From an uncultured Nitrospiraceae bacterium (GTDB lineage: Bacteria; Nitrospirota; Nitrospiria; Nitrospirales; Nitrospiraceae), in assembly GCA_963846575.1 (NCBI GenBank), contig CAWJWJ010000002.1:1248001-1312000 (forward strand): a stretch of DNA of 64,000 bases. Reading direction: 5' to 3'. A model generated the notes under the pieces. The model had not been told where the DNA came from. It made no database searches and was given only the letters and a program-made list of their open reading frames with translations. Shown here piece after piece: positions 29,106 to 37,625 of the stretch. A program made the translations under genes and the position numbers. The stretch's first letter is position 1, and the number at the start of each line of letters is the position of its first letter.

Positions 29106-29909
29106 TCAGATGGTGCAGGCGACGCTGTAATCCCCGCCCAGGTCTTTGATGGTCGGGGTAGCGCTGCACAGGGGGCAGCGCGGGTCTTTCGGTCGTGAGA
29201 CTTTGCGGAATTTCATCTCCAACGCGTCGTAAATCACGAGCTTATCTGCCAGAGTTTCGCCGATGCCGAGGATTTCCTTGATCGCTTCCGAGGCCTGCAG
29301 CACGCCCATGGTTCCGGCCAACACTCCCAGAACACCGGCTTCCTGACAATTCGGGACCAGTCCTGCCGGCGGTGGCTCCGGATAGAGGCATCGGTAGCAG
29401 GGATGACCGGCATGCGGCTTGATGGTCGTGAGTTGTCCTTCGAAGCGAAACATACTTGCCGAGATCAGTGTTTTCCTCGCGAAAAAGCAGGCATCGTTGA
29501 CCAAAAATCTGGTGGTGAAATTGTCAGACCCATCCAGCACGATATCGTAGTCTTTCAACAGCTCCAGAATGTTCGCAGTGTCGACATTCAGTTGATAGGT
29601 CTTGATCATGATATCGGGGTTGATGGCCGATAGCATCCGTTGACCGGATTCCACCTTGGGAAGGCCGACGGTCGCAGTGGTATGCAGAATCTGCCGCTGG
29701 AGATTCGATAAGTCCACCACATCGCCATCTACCAGGCCGATGGTGCCGATGCCGGCCGCGGCTAGATAGAGAGCTGCGGGTGACCCGAGACCACCGGCGC
29801 CGATGAGCAGGACTTTAGCTTTGGAAAGTTTGACCTGTCCCTTGCCGCCGACTTCATTGAGAATGATATGCCGGCTGTAACGCTGAATCTGTTGTTCGGT
29901 GAATTCCAT
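29106..29909 (-). CDS. moeB: MoeB/ThiF-family E1-like adenylyltransferase, copy 2, no rhodanese domain
   Basis: RYSRH, GAGGLG, SNLQRQ, CYRC, CQEAG, CPLC. Confidence 0.93.
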   Translation of the reverse strand: MEFTEQQIQRYSRHIILNEVGGKGQVKLSKAKVLLIGAGGLGSPAALYLAAAGIGTIGLVDGDVVDLSNLQRQILHTTATVGLPKVESGQRMLSAINPDIMIKTYQLNVDTANILELLKDYDIVLDGSDNFTTRFLVNDACFFARKTLISASMFRFEGQLTTIKPHAGHPCYRCLYPEPPPAGLVPNCQEAGVLGVLAGTMGVLQASEAIKEILGIGETLADKLVIYDALEMKFRKVSRPKDPRCPLCSATPTIKDLGGDYSVACTI

Positions 29910-29993
29910 GCGACCTATCTCTCGTCCTGCGTGAAACGTGACGTTCGTCGGTTTACCTGGGAAGAAGGGTCGCGCGACCCGTTGCGTCTAGTC

Positions 29994-30233
29994 CTATTCG
30001 ACCACGTTCAATTCAATCGGATCGACGACGCAGCCCTTGATTCGGATTCCATCGATGGCGCGTTCAATTTCTTCTGTCTCGCCGGTGAGTTCCAAATCCA
30101 TCCAACCGGTCGTCTCCCGCACATCTGCACGGCGCACGTTTGTGACGACCTTGAATTCATGTCCGATTTGATAAATGATCGGCTCCTTGATCTTGTTCTC
30201 GGGAAAACGAATGTGAAAGCGTAGACTGGTCAT
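29994..30233 (-). CDS. Stand-alone NIL-domain protein
   Basis: FP...EPIIYQI..F.V.TNVRRADV...GWM.LEL.G pattern; 79 aa. Confidence 0.8.
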   Translation of the reverse strand: MTSLRFHIRFPENKIKEPIIYQIGHEFKVVTNVRRADVRETTGWMDLELTGETEEIERAIDGIRIKGCVVDPIELNVVE

Positions 30234-30235
30234 GG

Positions 30236-30508
30236 CTATCCTCCGGCGATCGCAGGAACAATGGACACTTCATCGCCGTCCTTCAGGGAGGTCTCTTTTC
30301 CGTTGAGGAATCGGATGTCTTCCTCATTGACGTAAATGTTGACGAAACGCCGCAGGTCACCCTTGTCGTCGCACAGACGATTCTTCAAGCCGGGATAGGC
30401 GGCATCAAGCGAACCGATCATATCGACAATATTGGCTGCTGCGGATTCAACTTCTCCCTGGCCTTTCGTCAGCGGCCGCAAGGGAGTCGGAATACGAACC
30501 TTGATCAT
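30236..30508 (-). CDS. MoaD/CysO-like ubiquitin-fold sulfur carrier with free C-terminal GG
   Basis: VRIPTPLR, FVNIYVNEEDIRFL, PAIAGG-stop; ATGA overlap with the upstream PLP enzyme. Confidence 0.93.
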   Translation of the reverse strand: MIKVRIPTPLRPLTKGQGEVESAAANIVDMIGSLDAAYPGLKNRLCDDKGDLRRFVNIYVNEEDIRFLNGKETSLKDGDEVSIVPAIAGG

Positions 30509-31755
30509 GAGTCACCACCACCGTTCTTTCCCATTTTGAATGTTTTCTGGAAACTGACCAGGCTGGGCTGGATGCGGAACGGACGCCCCACGGCATCCAC
30601 GACCGCTTCCTGGGTCTTGAGCCCGTTTCCAGTAATATAGGCGACGGTCACGTCGCTCTTCTTGATCAGCCCCTGTTTCACGAGTTTGCAGAGCACACCG
30701 ATGGTCACACCGCCTGCCGTCTCGGCAAAAATACCTTCAGTCTGAGCCAGCAGTTTAATGCCTTCGACCACCTCCTCATCGCTCACGGCGTCCATCGCGC
30801 CTTTGCTCTCTGCCGTGGCTTTCAACGCATAGTACCCGTCTGCCGGGTTGCCGATGGCGAGCGACTTGGCGATGGTCTTCGGCTTGACCGGTTTGAAGAA
30901 GTCCCGTCCCGCCTTAAACGCGGTGGCAATCGGGGAGCAACCTTCGGCCTGCGCGCCATTGATCTTAGTCCGAACCTCATCGACCAATCCGAGCGCGTGC
31001 ATTTCGTGCAATCCCTTCCAGATCTTTGTCAGCAGCGAGCCGGAGGCCATGGGAATCACTGCTTGATCTGGGGTGCGCCATCCGAGTTGTTCGACAGTCT
31101 CAAAGGCCAGGGTCTTGGAGCCTTCGGCATAGTAGGGTCGAATGTTGATGTTGACGAATGCCCACCCGTGTTCACCGGCGATTTCGCTGCAGAGCCGGTT
31201 CACGTCGTCGTAATTACCCTCGACCTCCACCACATTCGGCTTATAAATCAGATTGCCGAGGACCTTCGCCGCTTCGAGGTCGGCCGGGATAAACACATAA
31301 CACTTCATTCCCGCTGCCGCCGCATGCGCTGCCACGGAATTGGCGAGATTGCCGGTTGACGCACAAGCCACCGTCTCGAATCCGAGTTCGCGCGCGCGGG
31401 TCAGGGCCACCGAGACGACCCGATCTTTGAACGACAGGGTCGGATGGTTGACCGTATCGTTCTTGATATACAGCTCATCCAACCCCAGGTAGGCGGCCAG
31501 GTTCTTTGCCCGCACCAGCGGCGTCAACCCTGCATGGGGTCCGATAAACGAGGTGCTCTCCACCGGCAGCAAGTCGACATAGCGCCACATGCTCTGGGGA
31601 CCCTGTTCGATCTTTTTCCGCGAGATCGTGCGTTTGATCTCGTCGTAGTTGTATTTCACTTCGAGCGGGCCGAAGCACATCTCACAGACATGGATGGCTT
31701 TGGGAGGATATTCCTTCCCGCATTCCCGGCACACGAGCGCTTTCATTTTTGCCAT
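30505..31755 (-). CDS. Threonine-synthase-like PLP enzyme with N-terminal Zn ribbon; possible O-phosphohomoserine sulfhydrylase
   Basis: CREC..CEMC, PTLSFKDR (PLP Lys), ASTGNLA, EGSKT, TGNGLK. Confidence 0.85.
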   Translation of the reverse strand: MAKMKALVCRECGKEYPPKAIHVCEMCFGPLEVKYNYDEIKRTISRKKIEQGPQSMWRYVDLLPVESTSFIGPHAGLTPLVRAKNLAAYLGLDELYIKNDTVNHPTLSFKDRVVSVALTRARELGFETVACASTGNLANSVAAHAAAAGMKCYVFIPADLEAAKVLGNLIYKPNVVEVEGNYDDVNRLCSEIAGEHGWAFVNINIRPYYAEGSKTLAFETVEQLGWRTPDQAVIPMASGSLLTKIWKGLHEMHALGLVDEVRTKINGAQAEGCSPIATAFKAGRDFFKPVKPKTIAKSLAIGNPADGYYALKATAESKGAMDAVSDEEVVEGIKLLAQTEGIFAETAGGVTIGVLCKLVKQGLIKKSDVTVAYITGNGLKTQEAVVDAVGRPFRIQPSLVSFQKTFKMGKNGGGDS

Positions 31756-31768
31756 GGAGACACCTTCG

Positions 31769-32593
31769 CTACAAGTTACGTTGACCCGGAAGCGCACAGG
31801 TCGGCCCGACGTCGCCGTCTTCAAACAGCTCGGTAATCGTGGGCCGCTCACCGCACAGCGGACACTCGGGGTTCCGCTTGATGCGGATTTCTCTGAACTG
31901 CGTACGTCGCGCATCGAAGTCGAGGAGGCGATCGGTCAGCGGACGGCCGATGCCGAGGATCAATTTGAGCGCCTCGGTGGCCTGGATCGTTCCGATGATT
32001 CCTGCCAGCACGCCAATCACGCCCGCTTCCTGACAGGACGCCACCAGGCCCTCGGGCGGCGGCTTTTTGAAGACGCAACGATAACAAGCGGACTTTTTGG
32101 GAATAATCGTAGTCACACGGCCGTCGAATCGAAGGATGCCTCCGTGGACAAGCGGCTTTCCTGCAAAAAAACAGGCATCGTTGATGAGAAACTTCGTCGG
32201 AAAGTTATCGACGCCGTCGAGCACCACATCGTACTCGCCGATTATCTTCAGGGCATTACCGGCCGTGAGACGTTCCTCATGCATCACTACGCTCACGTCA
32301 GGATTCAGGGCCTGAATTTTCTCTTTGCCGGACAAGACCTTGGAACGTCCCACATCGGAGGTGTGATGAATGACTTGCCGCTGCAGATTGCTCAGGTCAA
32401 CCACATCGCTATCGATCAGTCCGATGGTGCCGATTCCGGCGGCCGCCAGATACAGCGCGGCGGGCGAACCAAGACCGCCGGCCCCGACGACGAGCACCCT
32501 CGCCTGGATAATCTTCTTTTGTCCTTTTCCGCCGACTTCGGGAAGAAGGATATGCCGGCTATACCGGTTGATCTGTGTTTCAGTGAATTCCAT
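31769..32593 (-). CDS. moeB: MoeB/ThiF-family E1-like adenylyltransferase, copy 1, no rhodanese domain
   Basis: MEFTETQINRYSRH, GAGGLG, SNLQRQ, CYRC, CQEAG, CPLC. Confidence 0.93.
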   Translation of the reverse strand: MEFTETQINRYSRHILLPEVGGKGQKKIIQARVLVVGAGGLGSPAALYLAAAGIGTIGLIDSDVVDLSNLQRQVIHHTSDVGRSKVLSGKEKIQALNPDVSVVMHEERLTAGNALKIIGEYDVVLDGVDNFPTKFLINDACFFAGKPLVHGGILRFDGRVTTIIPKKSACYRCVFKKPPPEGLVASCQEAGVIGVLAGIIGTIQATEALKLILGIGRPLTDRLLDFDARRTQFREIRIKRNPECPLCGERPTITELFEDGDVGPTCALPGQRNL

Positions 32594-32673
32594 GGCGGTT
32601 CTCGTCGCTCGTGAAAGGTGAAACCTTGAGGCTCTATCGCGAGATGGACTCCACGAGGCGCGGGTGACGCATC

Positions 32674-33603
32674 CTAAATGTTGAAATACTTCTCGATGCT
32701 GATATAGCGCTCCCCGGTATCGCACAGGATCGTCACGACGTTTTTCCCCGGGCCCAGTTCCTCGGCAATCTTTTGTGCCGCGAACACGTTGGCGCCTGCA
32801 GAAATGCCGACCAGGAGTCCCTCTTTTTTCGCAAGCAGTTTGGCGGTCTGGTAGGCTTCATCGTCGGTCACGGTTACCACGCGATCGAGCAATGTCCGGT
32901 TCAGGACCTTGGGGATGAAGCCGGCACCGATGCCCTGAATCTTGTGGGGCCCTGGATCTCCGCCGGATAACACCGGTGATCCTGCCGGTTCCACAGCAAT
33001 GATCTTGGCTGCCGGATTGCGTCCCCGGATGACCTCGCCGCAACCCGTAATCGTGCCGCCCGTTCCCACGGCTGCGACGAATGCATCAACCCGCCCATCG
33101 AGAGCTTCCACAATTTCTGGTCCCGTGGTTTTCCGATGCATGTCAGGATTGGCCGGATTCGAGAATTGGTCGGGCATATAGTAAGACGGGTTCTGCGCGA
33201 CGATACTCTCGGCTTCCTTGATCGATCCCTTCATGCCTTCCCACGCTGCTGTCAGTACCAGTTGTGCTCCATAGGAGGAGAGAAGACTGGCTCGCTCCAT
33301 ACTCATGCTTTCAGGCATGACCAGAATGAGTTTATACCCGCGCACTGCTGCCACTAGGGCCAAGCCGATGCCCGTATTGCCGCTGGTCGGTTCGACGATC
33401 GTTCCGCCGGGCTTCAGTTTGCCCAGCCGCTCCGCCTCGTCGATCATATTCAGGCAGATGCGATCCTTGATACTACCACCCGGATTGAACGATTCCACTT
33501 TGCCGTAAATCGTGGCCGAACCGGGTTTGCTCAGCCGGTTGAGACGGACCAGCGGGGTGCGCCCGATCAACTCGGTGATATCTGGGTGGGCCCTGAGGGT
33601 CAC
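32674..33603 (-). CDS. cysK: Cysteine synthase
   Basis: NPGGSIKDR, PTSGNTG, DQFSNPAN, GTGGT, HKIQGIGAG, DTGERY. Confidence 0.95.
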   Translation of the reverse strand: MTLRAHPDITELIGRTPLVRLNRLSKPGSATIYGKVESFNPGGSIKDRICLNMIDEAERLGKLKPGGTIVEPTSGNTGIGLALVAAVRGYKLILVMPESMSMERASLLSSYGAQLVLTAAWEGMKGSIKEAESIVAQNPSYYMPDQFSNPANPDMHRKTTGPEIVEALDGRVDAFVAAVGTGGTITGCGEVIRGRNPAAKIIAVEPAGSPVLSGGDPGPHKIQGIGAGFIPKVLNRTLLDRVVTVTDDEAYQTAKLLAKKEGLLVGISAGANVFAAQKIAEELGPGKNVVTILCDTGERYISIEKYFNI

Positions 33604-33800
33604 CGGCCACCGCCCATGTAGAAGAGAAATTCCACGTGATCGCCGTCTTTCAATTGGGTGGTCTCGAGATGTGTTCGCTCAAGCATGGTGTCATTGACCT
33701 CGACCGCCACCATTTGGGGTTCGATACTCTTGGCCTTCAAGAGATCCAGCACAGTCCCCCCTGCGATACTCTCAGACTTGCCGTTGATCATGACCTGCAT
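33600..33800 (-). CDS. ThiS-like sulfur carrier ending GGGR (masked di-Gly)
   Basis: MQVMINGK..VAVEVN..LKDGDHVEFLFYMGGGR-stop; GTGA overlap with cysK. Confidence 0.9.
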   Translation of the reverse strand: MQVMINGKSESIAGGTVLDLLKAKSIEPQMVAVEVNDTMLERTHLETTQLKDGDHVEFLFYMGGGR

Positions 33801-33840
33801 TATCCGCTCCTGGGAAGGTAAGAGTCTAAAGAATTTCAAC

Positions 33841-33870
33841 ACGTTAGCAAACGGCTTCTTGATTTGTCAA
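33841..33870 (-). promoter_or_regulatory. sigma70 promoter of the sulfur-carrier operon
   Basis: Minus strand TTGACA-N18-TAACGT about 40 bp upstream of the start. Confidence 0.65.
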
Positions 33871-33940
33871 GACAACCGGCCCTTGTAAGTCGATGCGAAT
33901 AGTGCATTGCCAGCGTCATGCGGTATTGCCAGCCGCTTTC

Positions 33941-33968
33941 TTGACTTTCACCATGGCTAGCTTACAGT
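33941..33968 (+). promoter_or_regulatory. Divergent sigma70 promoter
   Basis: TTGACT-N16-TACAGT. Confidence 0.55.
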
Positions 33969-33992
33969 ATGCGCCGGTCCGGAGGGTAGGGA

Positions 33993-34370
33993 ATGTGGAA
34001 GAAAAATTTCTTATTTCGCGCGCATGAGGCGGCTCCGCTGAAAGAGTCGGAAAACGAACTTTTTCATGATGCAGAACCGGCCTTGGACAGTGCCGGGCTT
34101 CAAATGGAAAAGTTTCTCTCGGTCTGGGTGCAGGGTGAAGGTGAAGACGACAGCCCCACGATGTACACGAATCTGTATGTCAGAACGGCCACGTTGGATT
34201 TTCGAACACGCGCCGGCTTTCTCCAGCCTCTACAAGGCCGCACGCATCAGATTAAACAAATGCTGACGCCGGAGCAAAAAGGATTTTTGCGGGGCTGGTT
34301 GTCGAAAACTTCGCCCCAAGCCTGGGAAGAGTCTGACGACCATTTTCGAACGCTGTTCGATCTCGACTGA
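33993..34370 (+). CDS. Hypothetical protein
   Basis: GGAGG RBS, promoter, 125-aa ORF. Confidence 0.7.
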   Translation: MWKKNFLFRAHEAAPLKESENELFHDAEPALDSAGLQMEKFLSVWVQGEGEDDSPTMYTNLYVRTATLDFRTRAGFLQPLQGRTHQIKQMLTPEQKGFLRGWLSKTSPQAWEESDDHFRTLFDLD

Positions 34371-34380
34371 TTCGTTTTGA

Positions 34381-34601
34381 GCGGGATGTGGAAGAAATCC
34401 GCGAGCGGCGTGTTCGCCAGACAAAGTGACCAGGTAATTCTGGCGGCGTTCACGAGTCTCACGCGCCGCGGTCATGATGCTGCGAACTGCCGCTCCTCCA
34501 CCCAGCTTCTCTGCGAAACGCGGTTGTTCGTGACTGGTCTGGTCGGGCAGGTCCTGGACAGGCGCGGTGTGGCGCAGAACACTACACGGTCAACATCCCG
34601 C
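34381..34601. repeat. Degenerate MITE-like element with terminal inverted repeats
   Basis: GCGGGATGTGGA ... TCAACATCCCGC (11/12 inverted match), non-coding, intergenic. Confidence 0.45.
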
Positions 34602-34743
34602 CGGCATTCTCAACCATGACGCTCATCCACTTTAGTCCTACGGACCTTGCTGCAATCTCGTATGAGGACCCCATTGAGAGCCCCGCGGCTGGCTGCGGTA
34701 TCACCGCTGACAGGCAGCAGCTCGCCGGTTCGGGGCTGTTCAC

Positions 34744-35319
34744 ATGATCGTTCCTCAGCCGTGCAGGACTCGAATAGGTCATCCGATTTCCACTCGTCTG
34801 GTCGTCTGGGCTATTGTGAGCGCCTGCGCTCCGGTGCTGATCCCCGTAGACGCCTCCGCCGCTATCGATATCTATTATGCCCCTGAGGACCAGCCCCTTG
34901 ATCATGTCGTCGCCCTCTATGCCCGGGCGACCCGCCATATCTATGTGTCGGTGTACGCGCTCACGGCACCATCGGTGGTGAAGGCGCTGATGGAGGCCAA
35001 ACGACGTGGCGTGGACGTGCGTGTCATCACCGACCGCGAACGACTGACGGACCCCAAGCAGCAGAGTGCGATCAACACCCTCCGGCTTGCCGGGGTTCCC
35101 ATCCGGATCAACCGCCACGATGGATTGATGCATTTGAAGCAGGTCGTGATCGACGATGAAATCAATATCTCCGGGTCGGCGAATCACACGACGAGTGGCA
35201 ACCGTTATAATGACGAGCGGCTTGATGTCATCACGGATGCACGGTTGACCGCCAAGGCCCGCGAGAAATTTTTAGCCATGTGGAACGACCGGACGCGATT
35301 TGAGGGATGGACGAAGTAG
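34744..35319 (+). CDS. PLD-family Nuc-like nuclease, single HKD, probably exported
   Basis: MHLKQVVID..SGSANHT..NDE; hydrophobic N-terminus. Confidence 0.88.
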   Translation: MIVPQPCRTRIGHPISTRLVVWAIVSACAPVLIPVDASAAIDIYYAPEDQPLDHVVALYARATRHIYVSVYALTAPSVVKALMEAKRRGVDVRVITDRERLTDPKQQSAINTLRLAGVPIRINRHDGLMHLKQVVIDDEINISGSANHTTSGNRYNDERLDVITDARLTAKAREKFLAMWNDRTRFEGWTK

Positions 35320-35343
35320 GTCGAGGGACGCCGCTGCAGAACC

Positions 35344-36609
35344 ATGATTGAAACCGATGTGGCCATTGTCGGCGCGGGCGGGGGAGGCGCTGTCCTGGCG
35401 CTGATGCTCGCGCAGAAGGGCGTGCATTCGGTGGTGCTGGAGCGGGCCGCAGGACCGCCACAGGGGTTGCGAGGGGAAATCCTGCAGCCGAACGGCCAAC
35501 GGGTGTTGGACCGTCTGGGGCTACTGGACAAACTGCCGCCCCATGCCACTCGGTCGATCACGCGCTTCAACTTCTGCCGGGCGGGTGGAGAACGGCTTTG
35601 CACGGTTGATTATGGTGAGCTGCCGGCTCCGTATAATCGCGCGGTGGTGACGTTGCCGAATGTGGCGCACCATGCCATTCTCGATGCGCTGGAAAAGCAG
35701 AATCCCGGGGCGCTTTGGTATGACTCCACGTTTACCGGCCTTCGGTACGACGGGGCGCGCGTGATCGGCTTGCAGGCCACCCGGCACGGCGAGCCGGTCG
35801 ATGTGTCCGCGCGGCTGGTCATCGGCGCGGACGGCGCGTTTTCAAAAGTTCGGGAGTCTCTCGGCATTGCTGCGCAGGTGCATCGATATCCAGAAAGTTA
35901 TCTCATTGCGATTCTCAAGGCTCCCCCAAACTTCGACGAGGCGCGGTACCTGGTGGGCAGGCGCGAAATCCTGGGCCTGTTTCCCGCCGCCGGGCAACAG
36001 GTCTATGCCTTCTATATGATCAAATCCGGATCGTACGACGCGGTCAAAGCTGAAGGCCTCGAGGCGCTGCGGCGGGCCTGGGTTCGTATCGATCCCGCCA
36101 CGGAAGGCATTGCCCAAGGATTGGTCGATTGGAGCCAGACGGGATACATGCCGACGGGGCGCGTAAAAACCGATCGATGGGTGGCGGACGGCGCATTGCT
36201 CATCGGCGATGCGGCCCATGCCATGAATCCTCATGCTTCCCAGGGTCGAATGCAAGCCATGGTAGATGCGGTGGTGGTGGCGGATCTGATCCCCGGCTGG
36301 TTGAAAAAAGATGATTTCTCCGCTGAGTCGTTACGTGCGTTCGAAGTCGCCAGGCGGCCGCAGGTGACGATGTTGCAGCAGTTGGCCGATGAGCAATGTC
36401 GATTCTGGAATACCGGCAATCCGCTGGTAGCCTTTATGCGGGACCGGGTCTTCCGAACGCTGGACCGCAATGCGCGTCTGCGCTACCGCGTGCTCTCCAC
36501 CACGGCAGGCCTGCGAACCAACCCGCCGTTTTCCTTGTTGGATCGGATCATGGCAGCGGGCTTGCTGCCCGATCCGGGCGCGCAGATGAGATCGCCCGAT
36601 GAAACATGA
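35344..36609 (+). CDS. FAD-dependent monooxygenase (UbiH/PheA-like fold)
   Basis: GAGGGG, GADG..S.VR, IGDAAH..NP..QG. Confidence 0.88.
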   Translation: MIETDVAIVGAGGGGAVLALMLAQKGVHSVVLERAAGPPQGLRGEILQPNGQRVLDRLGLLDKLPPHATRSITRFNFCRAGGERLCTVDYGELPAPYNRAVVTLPNVAHHAILDALEKQNPGALWYDSTFTGLRYDGARVIGLQATRHGEPVDVSARLVIGADGAFSKVRESLGIAAQVHRYPESYLIAILKAPPNFDEARYLVGRREILGLFPAAGQQVYAFYMIKSGSYDAVKAEGLEALRRAWVRIDPATEGIAQGLVDWSQTGYMPTGRVKTDRWVADGALLIGDAAHAMNPHASQGRMQAMVDAVVVADLIPGWLKKDDFSAESLRAFEVARRPQVTMLQQLADEQCRFWNTGNPLVAFMRDRVFRTLDRNARLRYRVLSTTAGLRTNPPFSLLDRIMAAGLLPDPGAQMRSPDET

Positions 36610-36866
36610 GGCGTTGAGTTTTCCATCTGGGCAAGAATGACCGAATCGGCGGGGTGCTCACGCGTATCGTCCAGTAAGGTGCAACAACGTCCCCGCCGCG
36701 AAGTATAATGAGTTTCATGCGTGTGGCCGCCGGCGAAGGGAATGAGCCGGGGCCTCACGTGCGTTCCTGCCTCATCCCCCGGCTGCCGGATGGGCGCGTT
36801 CCCGATAGGGGATAGGGCCGCCGGCTGAATCTTCAGCAACCCGGTACAACGACAACAGAGGTACTT

Positions 36867-37625
36867 GTGACACAGCCTACCGCACTCGATGTTCCCTCGG
36901 AAGTTCAACAACTCCTACAGCGATATGTCAAAGAGACCAGTGCTTTACTCGGCTCACAGCTCGAGGGAATTCTGCTCTACGGAAGCGCCGTGCGCGGGGA
37001 GTTCCTTCCCGGCCGATCCAATATCAATCTGCTCCTCATGATGTCCGGCTATGACCGTGAATGTTTGAAACGGTACGCCAAGTCGCATCGACGATGGAGT
37101 CGCGAACAGTTTGTCGTGCCGCTGGTGCTGACCGAAGCTGACCTTACAAGACCAGGCACGGTCTATCCGCTCGAATACCTTGAAATTCAAGAGCAGCATC
37201 GGGTGTTGTGGGGACGAGATCCCTTTATCGGTATGCACATTGACCGCACGCATCTAGGCTATCAGGTGCGGCAGGGCATTGAAGGAAACCTGGTGCGACT
37301 GCGGCAGCGGTTCATCGAAGGGGGTGGCACGGAAGAAGCCATTGCCATGCTGTTGCCCTTGTCCCTGACGGCGCTGCTGCCCTGCTTGCGTGGTCTGCAG
37401 CGGCTTGCGGGGCAGGCGCCGCTGTTTCAGTCGGAAGCGCTCCTGAGTGGGATCCAGGCTATGACGGGACTCGATCTGGCCGGGTTGACCGATGTGCTTC
37501 ATTTGAAGCGCGGGATCATCACCCCCGGGCCGGTCGAGGTGCCTCGATTGTTCGATCGATATGCCGCCGATCTCGTGGCAGTAGTCGCACTGGTCGGACC
37601 GGACGGGAAAGTGGCCGCACGATGA
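36867..37625 (+). CDS. Nucleotidyltransferase-fold protein, degenerate active site
   Basis: LYGSAVRGE...SNINLL; YPLEYLEI. Confidence 0.75.
   Translation: MTQPTALDVPSEVQQLLQRYVKETSALLGSQLEGILLYGSAVRGEFLPGRSNINLLLMMSGYDRECLKRYAKSHRRWSREQFVVPLVLTEADLTRPGTVYPLEYLEIQEQHRVLWGRDPFIGMHIDRTHLGYQVRQGIEGNLVRLRQRFIEGGGTEEAIAMLLPLSLTALLPCLRGLQRLAGQAPLFQSEALLSGIQAMTGLDLAGLTDVLHLKRGIITPGPVEVPRLFDRYAADLVAVVALVGPDGKVAAR

Noticed and set aside
28592..33800. Protein ubiquitination or anti-phage (Bil/CBASS-type) system
   Set aside because: No E2, cyclase or effector; the partners are PLP sulfur-amino-acid enzymes
34744..35319. PLD nuclease as a defence system
   Set aside because: Stand-alone, apparently exported, no linked helicase, methylase or ATPase
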